From Candidatus Micrarchaeota archaeon (lineage in GTDB: Archaea; B1Sed10-29; JAJRYS01): a stretch of DNA of 23,464 bases. The stretch spans positions 1 to 23,464 of the forward strand of contig CAZBZN010000010.1 in NCBI GenBank assembly GCA_964496415.1. The letters are read 5' to 3'. Each line of letters begins with the position of its first letter. Within the stretch, counting starts at the first letter, position 1. The position numbers and the translations under genes are program-made. Below the pieces are notes generated by a model, which was not told where the DNA came from, ran no database searches, and was given only the letters and a program-made list of their open reading frames with translations. Shown in pieces: positions 1-8,441 of this stretch.

Positions 1-2
1 AA

Positions 3-1025
3 CTAAAAGAGGTTGATGAAAGCCTTGAAGAGCTTGAAAACTTGAAGGCTAAAAAAGAAGAAGAACTTAAAGCCCTTGTAAAGCAAAAGAAAGAGTACGA
101 GGAAGTTTTGGAAGAAAAGCAAAAGAAGGCAAAAGAACTTGCGTTTTCAATGACAGGGCTTTATGATGAAAAGAAAAAACTGGAGGAAGGGAAAGCAAAA
201 TTACTTGAAAAGATAGGGGAACTTAACAGGAAGCTTGAAAGAGTAAGGGAAGAACTAATGGAGAAAGAAATTGAAAAAGCAAAAATAGAGGAAAAACTAA
301 GAGAGCTTAAAAAAGAAGCTGGCAAGTTCAAAGAAGTAAGAGTTCTTGAAATCTCAAGAAAGAAAGCTGAAGAAGAATTAGAGAAAGTTCAAAAACAATT
401 AGACAACCTTGGCAGTGTTAATTTGAAAGCAGTGGAGTTATACTCTGAGCAGGAGAAAGTAGTAAAAGAGATGAAAGAGAAAAAGAAAAAACTTGAAGAA
501 GAAAAACAAGCAATTCTTAACATGATTAAAGAGATTGATGAGAAGAAAATAAAAGTGTTCATGGAAGCGTTTACTGAACTTAACAGGAATTTTGACAAGT
601 TCTTTAAACAGCTTTATCCTGAACAGGGTTCTGAGGCAAAACTCGTATTAGAGAACCCTGAAAACCCATTAGAAGGAGGCCTTTTGGTAAAAGCCAAGCC
701 AGGTGGAAAGCAATTAAAGTCAATAGACGCAATGAGTGGCGGTGAAAAAGCCCTTACTGCGATTGCTTTTATTTTCGCAGTACAAGCTTACAATCCTTCA
801 CCGTTTTACGTTCTTGATGAAATCGATGCTCCTCTTGACAGTGAAAACTCTGAAAGAGTAGCTTCAATGATAATGAAAAGCTCTAAAAAGTCACAGTTCA
901 TAGTAATAACACATAACCCAATAGTTGCTAGGAAAGCAGACCAGATAATAGGAGTTCACATGGGAAAAGATGGTTCTTCAATAATAGAACTAGACTTGAA
1001 GAAATACTCTCTTGGAGGAGGTTAA
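3..1025 (+). CDS. smc: Chromosome segregation protein SMC, C-terminal part (5'-truncated by the window edge)
   Basis: Frame is open from position 3. Coiled coil, then LGSVNLKA, ABC signature MSGGEK, Walker B/D-loop YVLDEIDAPLD and H-switch QFIVITH. Confidence 0.96.
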   Translation, partial: LKEVDESLEELENLKAKKEEELKALVKQKKEYEEVLEEKQKKAKELAFSMTGLYDEKKKLEEGKAKLLEKIGELNRKLERVREELMEKEIEKAKIEEKLRELKKEAGKFKEVRVLEISRKKAEEELEKVQKQLDNLGSVNLKAVELYSEQEKVVKEMKEKKKKLEEEKQAILNMIKEIDEKKIKVFMEAFTELNRNFDKFFKQLYPEQGSEAKLVLENPENPLEGGLLVKAKPGGKQLKSIDAMSGGEKALTAIAFIFAVQAYNPSPFYVLDEIDAPLDSENSERVASMIMKSSKKSQFIVITHNPIVARKADQIIGVHMGKDGSSIIELDLKKYSLGGG

Positions 1026-1433
1026 ATGTCGTCATATTGGAAGAAAATGAAAGCATTTAGAAAAAAACTTAAGAAAGTGCAGGAAAGAGCAATTCCTAAA
1101 GGAGTTCCTACAAAATTTGAAGAACAAGTGAAAAAAGCAAGAAAAATAAGTGAAGAAGCAAAGAAAAAACTTAAAGAAAAAGAAACAAAAGCGTTAGTGA
1201 CTCCAACAGGATACAGGATTTCAAAGGCAAAAACCATAAAAGGACTAATAGCTGACATGATGAAGCCGCTTGAAAAAAGGGCTTATCCCCCAAAAGAAGT
1301 CACTGATGCTCTTGCAAGAAAAATGAAATACAAGAGAAAAGAAGTAACTCCTGAGGAAGGAATGCTCTGGAACCTCTTGTTAAAAGACCCTGTTTCAAAA
1401 GAATACCTTGAATCCATCTGGGAAAAAATATAA
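1026..1433 (+). CDS. Hypothetical basic protein (135 aa) directly after smc
   Basis: ATG immediately follows the smc stop, with GGAGGT just upstream. Lys-rich; no recognised family. Confidence 0.75.
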   Translation: MSSYWKKMKAFRKKLKKVQERAIPKGVPTKFEEQVKKARKISEEAKKKLKEKETKALVTPTGYRISKAKTIKGLIADMMKPLEKRAYPPKEVTDALARKMKYKRKEVTPEEGMLWNLLLKDPVSKEYLESIWEKI

Positions 1434-2123
1434 TTACCTCCTACGTCTTCTTTTCTTTTCAACCCCAAACTTTTTACGGAGCTCTTCCATTTCTTTTGCA
1501 GCTCCTTCTTTTTTCTTCCTGATTTCTCTCATAAGCTCAGCTTGTTTTTCCATAAGGTGTTTTATTTCCTCTTCACGTGACTTTATTTCTTCTAAAAGAG
1601 CTTGTTTTTGCCTTTCAAGCTTCCTTTTTTCAATTTCAATACGTTTTTGCTTTTGATAAGACTGAACTGCTTTAGGACCTTCAATTTTAAGCTCTGTCTC
1701 TTTTTTATTAAGTTCTTCTAGTCTCCTGTCTATCGCGCTTATTTGAAGCTTCCTTTCAGTTACTTCTTCATTAAGTTTTTCAAGTATCCCGCTTCCAACA
1801 AGAACCCTTCTTTCCTCAGCACGTAGTTTTCCAGCCTCACCTTGACTAAACTTCCTGTCTAAATCAGCCCAGAAAATACCTTCTTCCATTGCAGCAATCT
1901 TATCCTCAAGGTCTTCAATTTGCCTTTCAATTTTCCTCTGTTCTTTTGCTTTAGCAACAGCTTTTTTTGCTTCAAGCTTAGCTAATTCTGCTTTTAGAAT
2001 GTTTAACTCAGCCTCTGCAGCAAAAGGATTCTCACGAGCTTTCAAGTATGCTTCTTTTTCCATTTCTTCAATTCTCTTATTTCTTTCTTCAATTTCTTTT
2101 TTCCAATCCTCTTCTTTACCCAT
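1434..2123 (-). CDS. Hypothetical coiled-coil protein ending in KKRRRRR
   Basis: E/K-rich helical ORF. Start moved to ATG 2123 (MGKEEDW), ~24 nt downstream of a minus-strand TTTAAATA box (2147-2154). Confidence 0.8.
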   Translation of the reverse strand: MGKEEDWKKEIEERNKRIEEMEKEAYLKARENPFAAEAELNILKAELAKLEAKKAVAKAKEQRKIERQIEDLEDKIAAMEEGIFWADLDRKFSQGEAGKLRAEERRVLVGSGILEKLNEEVTERKLQISAIDRRLEELNKKETELKIEGPKAVQSYQKQKRIEIEKRKLERQKQALLEEIKSREEEIKHLMEKQAELMREIRKKKEGAAKEMEELRKKFGVEKKRRRRR

Positions 2124-2178
2124 ACGTTTTTTAATGATTAAAGAAGTATTTAAACCCAAGACTGAAGGGGGTAAGTTG

Positions 2179-2364
2179 ATGAAAATAAACCAACCGACTA
2201 AGACAAAGTATCCTAAGGGGAAGAATTACCCTTCTAAGATAGTAGAAGAGTTAAGCGAACAGCAGAAGGAAGCAAAGGGAATTAAGAGGATCTTGAAAGC
2301 ATGGATTAGGAAATGGGTGTTGAAGCAGAAAGTAAAAGCTAAGAAAAAGCCAAAAGCAAAGTAA
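2179..2364 (+). CDS. Small basic hypothetical protein (61 aa)
   Basis: ATG 2179 preceded by GGGGGT. This is the non-overlapping part of ORF 1999..2364; Lys-rich like the genuine genes nearby. Confidence 0.55.
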   Translation: MKINQPTKTKYPKGKNYPSKIVEELSEQQKEAKGIKRILKAWIRKWVLKQKVKAKKKPKAK

Positions 2365-2370
2365 TTTTGT

Positions 2371-2592
2371 TTATACTGTTTCTAGCTTGAAAGAAACATT
2401 GCATCCTTTCAAGGTTTGGTGGACTTGGTTTGCTATGCTTAAAGCTTCTTCAGTGCTTACTCTCCTACCCCACTCGTACACGTAGTCGTAGTTTCCTTTC
2501 ACAGGCTTAAAGCCCATGCTCATCAAACGCTGAGTTACTTCCATTGGAGAAGCTCCTTCACTGTTAAACCACAAGGTCAGATAAGTCCTCAT
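2371..2592 (-). CDS. Small hypothetical archaeal protein (73 aa, MRTYLTLWFNSEGASP...)
   Basis: ATG 2592 avoids overlap with the aminopeptidase and has a TATA-like TTATTTAT ~25 nt upstream. The FNSEGAxP...GFKPxxGxxDxVYxW pattern resembles small archaeal proteins I recall (not searched). Confidence 0.75.
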   Translation of the reverse strand: MRTYLTLWFNSEGASPMEVTQRLMSMGFKPVKGNYDYVYEWGRRVSTEEALSIANQVHQTLKGCNVSFKLETV

Positions 2593-2694
2593 GAAGTAAA
2601 AGAAATCAATAGGGAAATAAATAAGTTTTGCTGTTGTTTTACAATCAGTAAAGTATTTTAAATCGGATTGTTTTAGGAAATTGAAGGTGAGAAA

Positions 2695-4044
2695 ATGAAA
2701 GGCTTTGAAAGGAAAAATGCTTGGCAGGAGTATGATCATAAGAAGGTAATGGCTTTTGCTGAGGAGTATAAGGATTTTTTGTCAAAAGCTAAGACTGAAA
2801 GGGAGGCAGTGGAGGAAGTAGTGAAAGCTGCTAGAAAAGAAGGGTTCAAGGAATACCCTAAGTCAAGGCAAAGGTTTTACTTGGTTTTTAAGGAAAAGGC
2901 AGTTGCGCTTGTAATTAAGGGAAGGAAGCCTGCTGAGCAGGGCATGCTTATTCTTGCAGCTCACTTGGATTCTCCTCGCATTGACTTGAAAATGGTTCCA
3001 TTGTATGAAGACAAGGATTCAAACCTTGTTCTTTTGGACACTCATTATTATGGGGGTATTAAAAAATACCAGTGGGTTAATCATGCTTTAGCATTGCATG
3101 GAGTGATAGTAAGAAAGAACGGTGAGAAGAAAAAAATAATAATTGGAGAAAAGCCTGGTGAAGAAGTGTTTGTGGTGCCGGATCTTCTTCCTCATCTTGG
3201 GAAGAAGCAGTTGGAGAAGAAAGCAAGTGAGGTTATTGAAGGAGAAAACCTTGACGCCGTGTTCGGGCATGTTCCTGTAAGAAAACCTAAGGACAAGGAT
3301 AAAGAGCTTATTAAAAAAGCTGTGCTGCAGGCTCTTAACAAAAAATACGGTATTAGTGAAGATGACTTTATTTCAGCAGACTTGTCGTTAGTTCCTGCTG
3401 GAAGACCAAGAGATGTTGGAATAGACCATGGCTTGATTGGAGGGTATGGGCATGATGACAGGTCGTCGGTGTTTACTGTTTTGAAAGCAGTGCTTGAAGT
3501 AAAGAACCCTGAAAGAACTGTTGTCGCGTTCTTTTTTGACCGTGAGGAAATCGGAAGCGAAGGAAGTGCTTCAGCAAAGTCAGCTTTCCTTAAGCACGTT
3601 GCAGGACTAGTGAGTAATGATCCTGAAACAGCTTTGCTTAATTCTGCTGCGTTGTCAGCTGACGTTGATGCTGGAATGCATCCCTTGTACAAGGAAGTGT
3701 TTGAGAAAAAGAACACTGCAGTGCTTGGCAAAGGAGTAGTGGTTACTAAGTACACTGGCAGAGGAGGAAAGTATGAAGCTAATGAGGCAAGAGCAGAATA
3801 CATAGCTTTTGTCAGGAGAGTATTTGATAATGCTGGAGTAGTATGGCAGCCTGGGAGTCTTGGAAAAGTTGATGCTGGAGGAGGAGGTACTGTAGCAGCT
3901 TATCTTGCAAGGCATGGCATGGACGTGGTTGACGTAGGAGTTCCAGTGATGTCAATGCACTCGCCGTTTGAAATCTTAAGCAAGGCAGACCTTTACTCAG
4001 CTTACTTAGCATTTAAAGCTTTTGCTAAGAGTAAAGGGTTTTAA
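2695..4044 (+). CDS. apeA: M18 family zinc aminopeptidase (ApeA-type)
   Basis: Motifs AHLDSP, THYYGGIKKYQW, GHDD, DREEIGS and SMHSP; AGGTGA SD upstream. Confidence 0.93.
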   Translation: MKGFERKNAWQEYDHKKVMAFAEEYKDFLSKAKTEREAVEEVVKAARKEGFKEYPKSRQRFYLVFKEKAVALVIKGRKPAEQGMLILAAHLDSPRIDLKMVPLYEDKDSNLVLLDTHYYGGIKKYQWVNHALALHGVIVRKNGEKKKIIIGEKPGEEVFVVPDLLPHLGKKQLEKKASEVIEGENLDAVFGHVPVRKPKDKDKELIKKAVLQALNKKYGISEDDFISADLSLVPAGRPRDVGIDHGLIGGYGHDDRSSVFTVLKAVLEVKNPERTVVAFFFDREEIGSEGSASAKSAFLKHVAGLVSNDPETALLNSAALSADVDAGMHPLYKEVFEKKNTAVLGKGVVVTKYTGRGGKYEANEARAEYIAFVRRVFDNAGVVWQPGSLGKVDAGGGGTVAAYLARHGMDVVDVGVPVMSMHSPFEILSKADLYSAYLAFKAFAKSKGF

Positions 4045-4069
4045 GCAACTTGCAAGATAATAAAAAAGC

Positions 4070-4672
4070 ATGTCAAGCAAAGTGTTTTTTGAGTCTGAAG
4101 GAGTATTACAAGAGTACGTTGTTTTGGATTGTGTGTATGAGCCTGCTGAGGACTCGTACTTGTTATTGGAGTCAGTGTTAAAAGAAAACGTTAAAGGCAA
4201 AAAGGCTTTGGAAGTTGGAAGTGGCTGTGGGCTGATAGCTGTCGAGCTTGCTTTAAGAGGAGCTGACGTCACAGCTGTTGACGTGAATCCTGTTGCTGTA
4301 GAAAACACGTTAATTAATGCTGTAAAGCATGGAGTTAGGGTTATTGCTTTTGAAAGTAACTTGTTTGAAAAAGTAAGAGGAAAGTACGATTTGATAGTGT
4401 TCAATCCTCCTTATGTTCCTACTGAGAAGAATGAGAAAAAGGACTTGTTGAGTTTGTCTTGGGATGGTGGTGTTGATGGGTCAGCAGTTATTAGAAAGTT
4501 TCTTAGCAAGTTTAAGGGTTTTTTAGCTGGTAATGGAAAGTGTTTTCTGCTGGTTTCTTCTAAAAACAACATAAAAGAAAGCCTTGAGGAAAAAGGATGG
4601 CGGGAAGTAGGCTCTAAGAACTTGTTTTTTGAAAAGCTTTTCGTAATGAAGTATGAAAAAATTAAAAAGTAA
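4070..4672 (+). CDS. HemK2/MTQ2-family protein N5-glutamine methyltransferase
   Basis: VYEPAEDSYLL, SAM motif LEVGSGCG, NPPY and WDGG. Confidence 0.92.
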   Translation: MSSKVFFESEGVLQEYVVLDCVYEPAEDSYLLLESVLKENVKGKKALEVGSGCGLIAVELALRGADVTAVDVNPVAVENTLINAVKHGVRVIAFESNLFEKVRGKYDLIVFNPPYVPTEKNEKKDLLSLSWDGGVDGSAVIRKFLSKFKGFLAGNGKCFLLVSSKNNIKESLEEKGWREVGSKNLFFEKLFVMKYEKIKK

Positions 4673-4674
4673 TT

Positions 4675-4737
4675 ATTTAAATATTTGTCCGGTTTTTCGG
4701 ACAAAAATTAAATATTTTGTCCGGTTTTACGGAAAAA
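4675..4737. repeat. Tandem palindrome pair, left copy (TTTGTCCG-N6-CGGACAAA)
   Basis: 4684-4705 TTTGTCCG GTTTTT CGGACAAA, and a second unit 32 bp later, 4716-4737 TTTGTCCG GTTTTA CGGAAAAA. Confidence 0.9.
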
Positions 4738-4767
4738 TTTAAAAATGAATTTAAGCAAAATAACTTC

Positions 4768-5952
4768 ATGGATGCTTTTTTTATTGAGAGAGAAAGAATA
4801 TTTAATAGGAGAAAAGAAGAGGCTTTGAAACTAAAGCCTAGGTTTTTTTATAAGGAATTATATTCCCTTGTGAAAAAACATAAGAGTGTTGGAATTTATG
4901 GGTTGAGGGGTTCTGGAAAAACAACTTTAGTACTTCAGGTTGCTTCAAAGTTCAAAGACAGTTATTATTTTTCATGTGATTCATTAGTATTAAGGGGCAT
5001 TAGGCTTTATGATTTCTTGGCTTATCTTGAATCAAAAGGATATAAGAAGATTTTCATTGATGAGATTCATTCTTATCCTGATTGGAGTAAAGAGCTTAAA
5101 ATAGCATATGATGATTTTGACATTAGCATTGTTTTTACTGGTTCTTCTAAGCTTGCAATTGAAAGCAAGAGCGAGATGCTTAGAAGAAGTGTGTTGTTTC
5201 ATCTTCCACCTTTGTCATTTAGAGAGTATTTATACTTAAGTAGAGGCGTAGTTTTACCAAAAGCAACCCTTGATTTGATAATTGATGAAAAGGAAAGAAA
5301 AAAACTCTTGTTAGAAGTACAACCTTATGCTTCGTTAGTTAGTGAGTTTATTAGTTTTGGTGGGCTTCCTATTGGTTTATCAAAAGAAAGGTCATTATTT
5401 TTAGGAGTTGTTAAAAAGATAATTGATGATGATATCCCAGCTGTTAGGAAAGTTGATAATGCTTTTAAGTCAAGTGTTTATAAGATTTTAAAAGTGATAA
5501 CCACTTCTTCTCCTGGCGGAATAAGTATTAGAACTTTGGCTAGTGTCTGCGGAAGGCATTCTGATACCATAGAGGATATAATAAGTCTTCTTGAGGGTGC
5601 TGGATTGATAAAAGTCATTAGCCCTTGGGCTCGGGGACCAAAATTAGTTAGAAAAGAGAAAAAAATAACTATGGTGCTTCCATTTAGAAGCGTTCTTTCC
5701 AATACTTATTCTGTAATACCTGACAAAGGAGCTTTAAGAGAAGATTTTTTCACTCACCATTTTGAAAAAGTTTATTATTACCCAACTGGTTCGAGAAAAA
5801 GCCCTGATTATGTCATAGATAATACCGTTTTTGAGATCGGCGGCGGCTCTAAAGGTTTTTCTCAGTTGAAGAGAAAAGGTTACTTGGTGACAGATGAAAT
5901 GGTTCTTGAAAAAAATAAGCTTCCATTAGTCTTATTTGGCTTGCTGTATTGA
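4768..5952 (+). CDS. AAA+ superfamily ATPase (AAA_14/DUF4143-like) with probable wHTH and C-terminal PD-(D/E)xK-like domain
   Basis: Walker A GLRGSGKTT, Walker B IFIDEIH, FTGSS, LPPLSFREYL, GGLP, and C-terminal PDYVID..FEIGG. Start taken as ATG 4768, ~23 nt after TTTAAAAA (4738-4745). Confidence 0.88.
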   Translation: MDAFFIERERIFNRRKEEALKLKPRFFYKELYSLVKKHKSVGIYGLRGSGKTTLVLQVASKFKDSYYFSCDSLVLRGIRLYDFLAYLESKGYKKIFIDEIHSYPDWSKELKIAYDDFDISIVFTGSSKLAIESKSEMLRRSVLFHLPPLSFREYLYLSRGVVLPKATLDLIIDEKERKKLLLEVQPYASLVSEFISFGGLPIGLSKERSLFLGVVKKIIDDDIPAVRKVDNAFKSSVYKILKVITTSSPGGISIRTLASVCGRHSDTIEDIISLLEGAGLIKVISPWARGPKLVRKEKKITMVLPFRSVLSNTYSVIPDKGALREDFFTHHFEKVYYYPTGSRKSPDYVIDNTVFEIGGGSKGFSQLKRKGYLVTDEMVLEKNKLPLVLFGLLY

Positions 5953-6012
5953 TTTAAATAGTTGTCCGGTTTTTCGGACAAAATCACTGTTTTTTGTACG
6001 GTTTTCTGGACA
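5952..6012. repeat. Tandem palindrome pair, right copy
   Basis: 5952-5983 matches 4675-4706 at 31/32 nt. A degenerate second unit (TTGTACG GTTTTC TGGACA) again lies 32 bp downstream. Confidence 0.9.
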
Positions 6013-6097
6013 TCAATTGCTTGACCTTGTTTTGTGGTTCTTATGATTCATTAAGAATTATATATCATGCTAAGCTTAAAAGCTTACTGGTGGTCTA

Positions 6098-6925
6098 ATG
6101 CCTATTAATGCTGACCCTGAGTTTTTTGCTGCTCAGAAAAAGTATGAAGAGGCTCGGACTCTTCAGGACAAAGTTAAGTATCTTCAGGAGATGATTTCCA
6201 AAGCACCAAAGCACAAGGGAGCTGAGAACCTCAGGAGAGAGTTAACCCGTAGGCTTGCAAGATTAAAAGAGCAGTTAAAAGCTCAGAAAAAGAAAGGAGG
6301 AGGAAAGTCCCTTGCAGTTAAAAAACAAGGGTTTCAAGTGGTCATTATCGGCTTTCCTAATACTGGAAAGTCAACTCTTTTGAAAAAGCTTACTACTGCT
6401 GATCCTTTGATAGCTGATTATCCTTTTACTACTAAAGAACCTGAAGTTGGAATGGTTGATTTTGAAGGAGCAAAGCTTCAGCTTGTTGAAGTTCCTGCGC
6501 TTTTAGAAGGAGCTGCTGAAAATCAAGCAATGCTTTTAAGCATAGTGATGAATGCTGATGGCATAATATTGCTTTATGATGATGAAACTCAGAAGCAGAT
6601 TCTGTTAAAAGAGCTTGAAAAGTTCGGCATTAAGAAAAGGGTCTTGTTTTTACGAAAAGGTGAAGAGATCACTCCAAAGCAGTTGTTTGAGTACTTTGAC
6701 TTGATTAGGGTTTATACTAAAGAACCAGGAGAAGAGCCTGAGAGACAACCAATCGTTGTAAAGAAAGGAACTACTGTTCTTGAAGTTGGAAGGATTATTC
6801 ACAAAGACTTTGTGAAAAAATTCAAGTATGCTAGGGTCTGGGGTTCGTCAAAGTTCCCTGGCCAGAGAGTTGATAAGGATTATGAGTTGAAAGATGGCGA
6901 CGTCGTAGAATTTCATATTAACTAG
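6098..6925 (+). CDS. DRG/OBG-family GTP-binding protein with C-terminal TGS domain (short form)
   Basis: PKHKG, G1 GFPNTGKST, G2 YPFTT, LIRVYTK, and TGS IH..F.KKFKYARVWG...GQRV...L.DGDVVE. Confidence 0.88.
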   Translation: MPINADPEFFAAQKKYEEARTLQDKVKYLQEMISKAPKHKGAENLRRELTRRLARLKEQLKAQKKKGGGKSLAVKKQGFQVVIIGFPNTGKSTLLKKLTTADPLIADYPFTTKEPEVGMVDFEGAKLQLVEVPALLEGAAENQAMLLSIVMNADGIILLYDDETQKQILLKELEKFGIKKRVLFLRKGEEITPKQLFEYFDLIRVYTKEPGEEPERQPIVVKKGTTVLEVGRIIHKDFVKKFKYARVWGSSKFPGQRVDKDYELKDGDVVEFHIN

Positions 6926-6927
6926 CT

Positions 6928-7140
6928 TTAACTTTTGGCTTCTTCTATTGCTTTGTTTAGTGCTTTTAGCAGTTCTTCTACTTGGATTCCATGAGCAGCT
7001 GCTCCTTGTTCTACTGTTTCAAACTGAGCTGCAGCGCATCCAATGCAGTGAACTCCGAAATCCAGAAACACTGGGATGGTTTCAGGGTGTTCTCTTATAA
7101 CTTTAACTATTAAGTCGTCTTTTTTTATCACATCTGACAT
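6928..7140 (-). CDS. DUF1858 / hybrid-cluster-protein-associated redox disulfide domain protein
   Basis: HPET..VF..FGVHCIGC..A..ETVEQGA.AHG pattern; AGGTGA SD. Confidence 0.88.
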   Translation of the reverse strand: MSDVIKKDDLIVKVIREHPETIPVFLDFGVHCIGCAAAQFETVEQGAAAHGIQVEELLKALNKAIEEAKS

Positions 7141-7150
7141 GTTTTCACCT

Positions 7151-8329
7151 TCATAATTTTTTAAGAATGTCTTTTACGTCAAGGATTTTCAGGGTTTTTG
7201 ACTTGTACTTGATGTTTTTCTTGGTTGGCACGATTAAAATCTTTTCACATGGAAACTTGTTTAATTTTTCTTCAGTCTTTTTTATTTCTTCTTTGCTTAT
7301 TTTATTTTTCCATTTGACTTCTCCAACTAGTTTCAGTTTGTTAAAGTCTCCTAGGACGATGTCAACTTCTAGGTTTGGTTTTGATATCATGAATTCTCTC
7401 TTGTTTAAGACCTTGGCTAATAAAGTTCTAAAAAATGCTTCTGTATGTTTTGGTAGTTTTTCTTTGAAGTACTTTTTATCAAGGTCTGTTTCTGAAAAGT
7501 TGTATTTTTCATCAAGGTAGTAGTAGAGGTCTATCATAGGTGATTCAATAAAGTAATAATACTTGTTTTTATAGTAATCTTTTGTTCTTTTTATAAGGCC
7601 TATTTGAATCAGGTTCTTTAAGTATTGTTTTATCATGCTTGTGTCTTGTTTTTTTATTAATCCTAAAGAATACAAGTACGCAACTATTTCTGAAAGGTTG
7701 TTTTTACCGCATGCTATTGCTCTTAGGATGCCTTCATATCTTGCTGATAGGTTTTTTTCTTCTTCTTCAAAAATTTCTCCCACTAATGCTGGGACAGTTA
7801 ATTTTAAAGCATTTAAGTCTAATTCTCCTTTGAAGAATCTTAATAAAAGCGGTTCTCTTAAGTAAACACAGTTTTCTATTAACTTCTTACCTTCATATTT
7901 GTTTTTCAAGTTCCTTATTATGTCTCTTTCGTCTATCAAATTCATCTTGAATTCAAGAAACAAGCCAAGGATAGGAGAGTTGCTGCTAATTAATTTCTTA
8001 GCTAAGTTTAAAGTTGAAGTGACAAGTATTATGTTTTTAGGTTGTTTTATGTGTAAGTATTCTAAAAATTCATCCCCAAGCCTATGGAACTCGTCAACTA
8101 TTACTGTTTTTTTAGTATCGTCTATTATCCTTATTAGTTCTTTGAGATTTATGTTTTCTTTTCTTCTTTCGTAGTATATGCTTTTGTCTTTTCTTACAAA
8201 GAAATACTCTCCATTCTTGAACATGCGTTTAATTAGGAAAGTTTTTCCTGTTTTTCTCCTGCCATACACAAGCAAAGGAAGTCCTAAGCTTTTAATTTTC
8301 TTTTCATCAACAAATCTTTCTATAATCAT
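7151..8329 (-). CDS. Archaeal ATPase (ATPase_2-like) with wHTH and C-terminal DUF234-like PD-(D/E)xK nuclease domain
   Basis: Walker A YGRRKTGKT, Walker B IVDEFH, SPILG, and C-terminal EVDIV...VGEVKW. Start ATG 8329 is 24 nt after a minus-strand TTTAATAA. Confidence 0.87.
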   Translation of the reverse strand: MIIERFVDEKKIKSLGLPLLVYGRRKTGKTFLIKRMFKNGEYFFVRKDKSIYYERRKENINLKELIRIIDDTKKTVIVDEFHRLGDEFLEYLHIKQPKNIILVTSTLNLAKKLISSNSPILGLFLEFKMNLIDERDIIRNLKNKYEGKKLIENCVYLREPLLLRFFKGELDLNALKLTVPALVGEIFEEEEKNLSARYEGILRAIACGKNNLSEIVAYLYSLGLIKKQDTSMIKQYLKNLIQIGLIKRTKDYYKNKYYYFIESPMIDLYYYLDEKYNFSETDLDKKYFKEKLPKHTEAFFRTLLAKVLNKREFMISKPNLEVDIVLGDFNKLKLVGEVKWKNKISKEEIKKTEEKLNKFPCEKILIVPTKKNIKYKSKTLKILDVKDILKKL

Positions 8330-8367
8330 AGTTATAGTAATCACAGTTATACTTATTAAACTTTTCG
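8320..8367 (-). promoter_or_regulatory. BRE/TATA promoter of the ATPase-nuclease with a tandem 14-bp repeat over the start site
   Basis: Minus strand CGAAAAG TTTAATAA (8353-8367). TAATCAYAGTTATA at 8323-8336 and 8338-8351 (15-bp period). Confidence 0.65.
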
Positions 8368-8441
8368 ATAGCTAATTCTTTAATTCCTTTTTTCTTTGCA
8401 ACATACCCATAGGTTTCAACTTTATGTCTTTAATGTGTTTT

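Noticed and set aside
3192..3803. 203-aa antisense ORF and the many other antisense or overlapping ORFs in the track
   Set aside because: They are shadows of well-supported genes on the opposite strand, with F/S/L-rich composition and no motifs.
4675..6012. Repeats considered as a CRISPR array or IS ends
   Set aside because: Only two pairs with no unique spacers, no cas or transposase gene, and the copies are direct rather than terminal inverted repeats.
8401..8420. ATACCCATAGGTTT as a third Fe-S operator
   Set aside because: Too many mismatches to ATACCA-N-TGGTAT and not positioned behind a TATA box.
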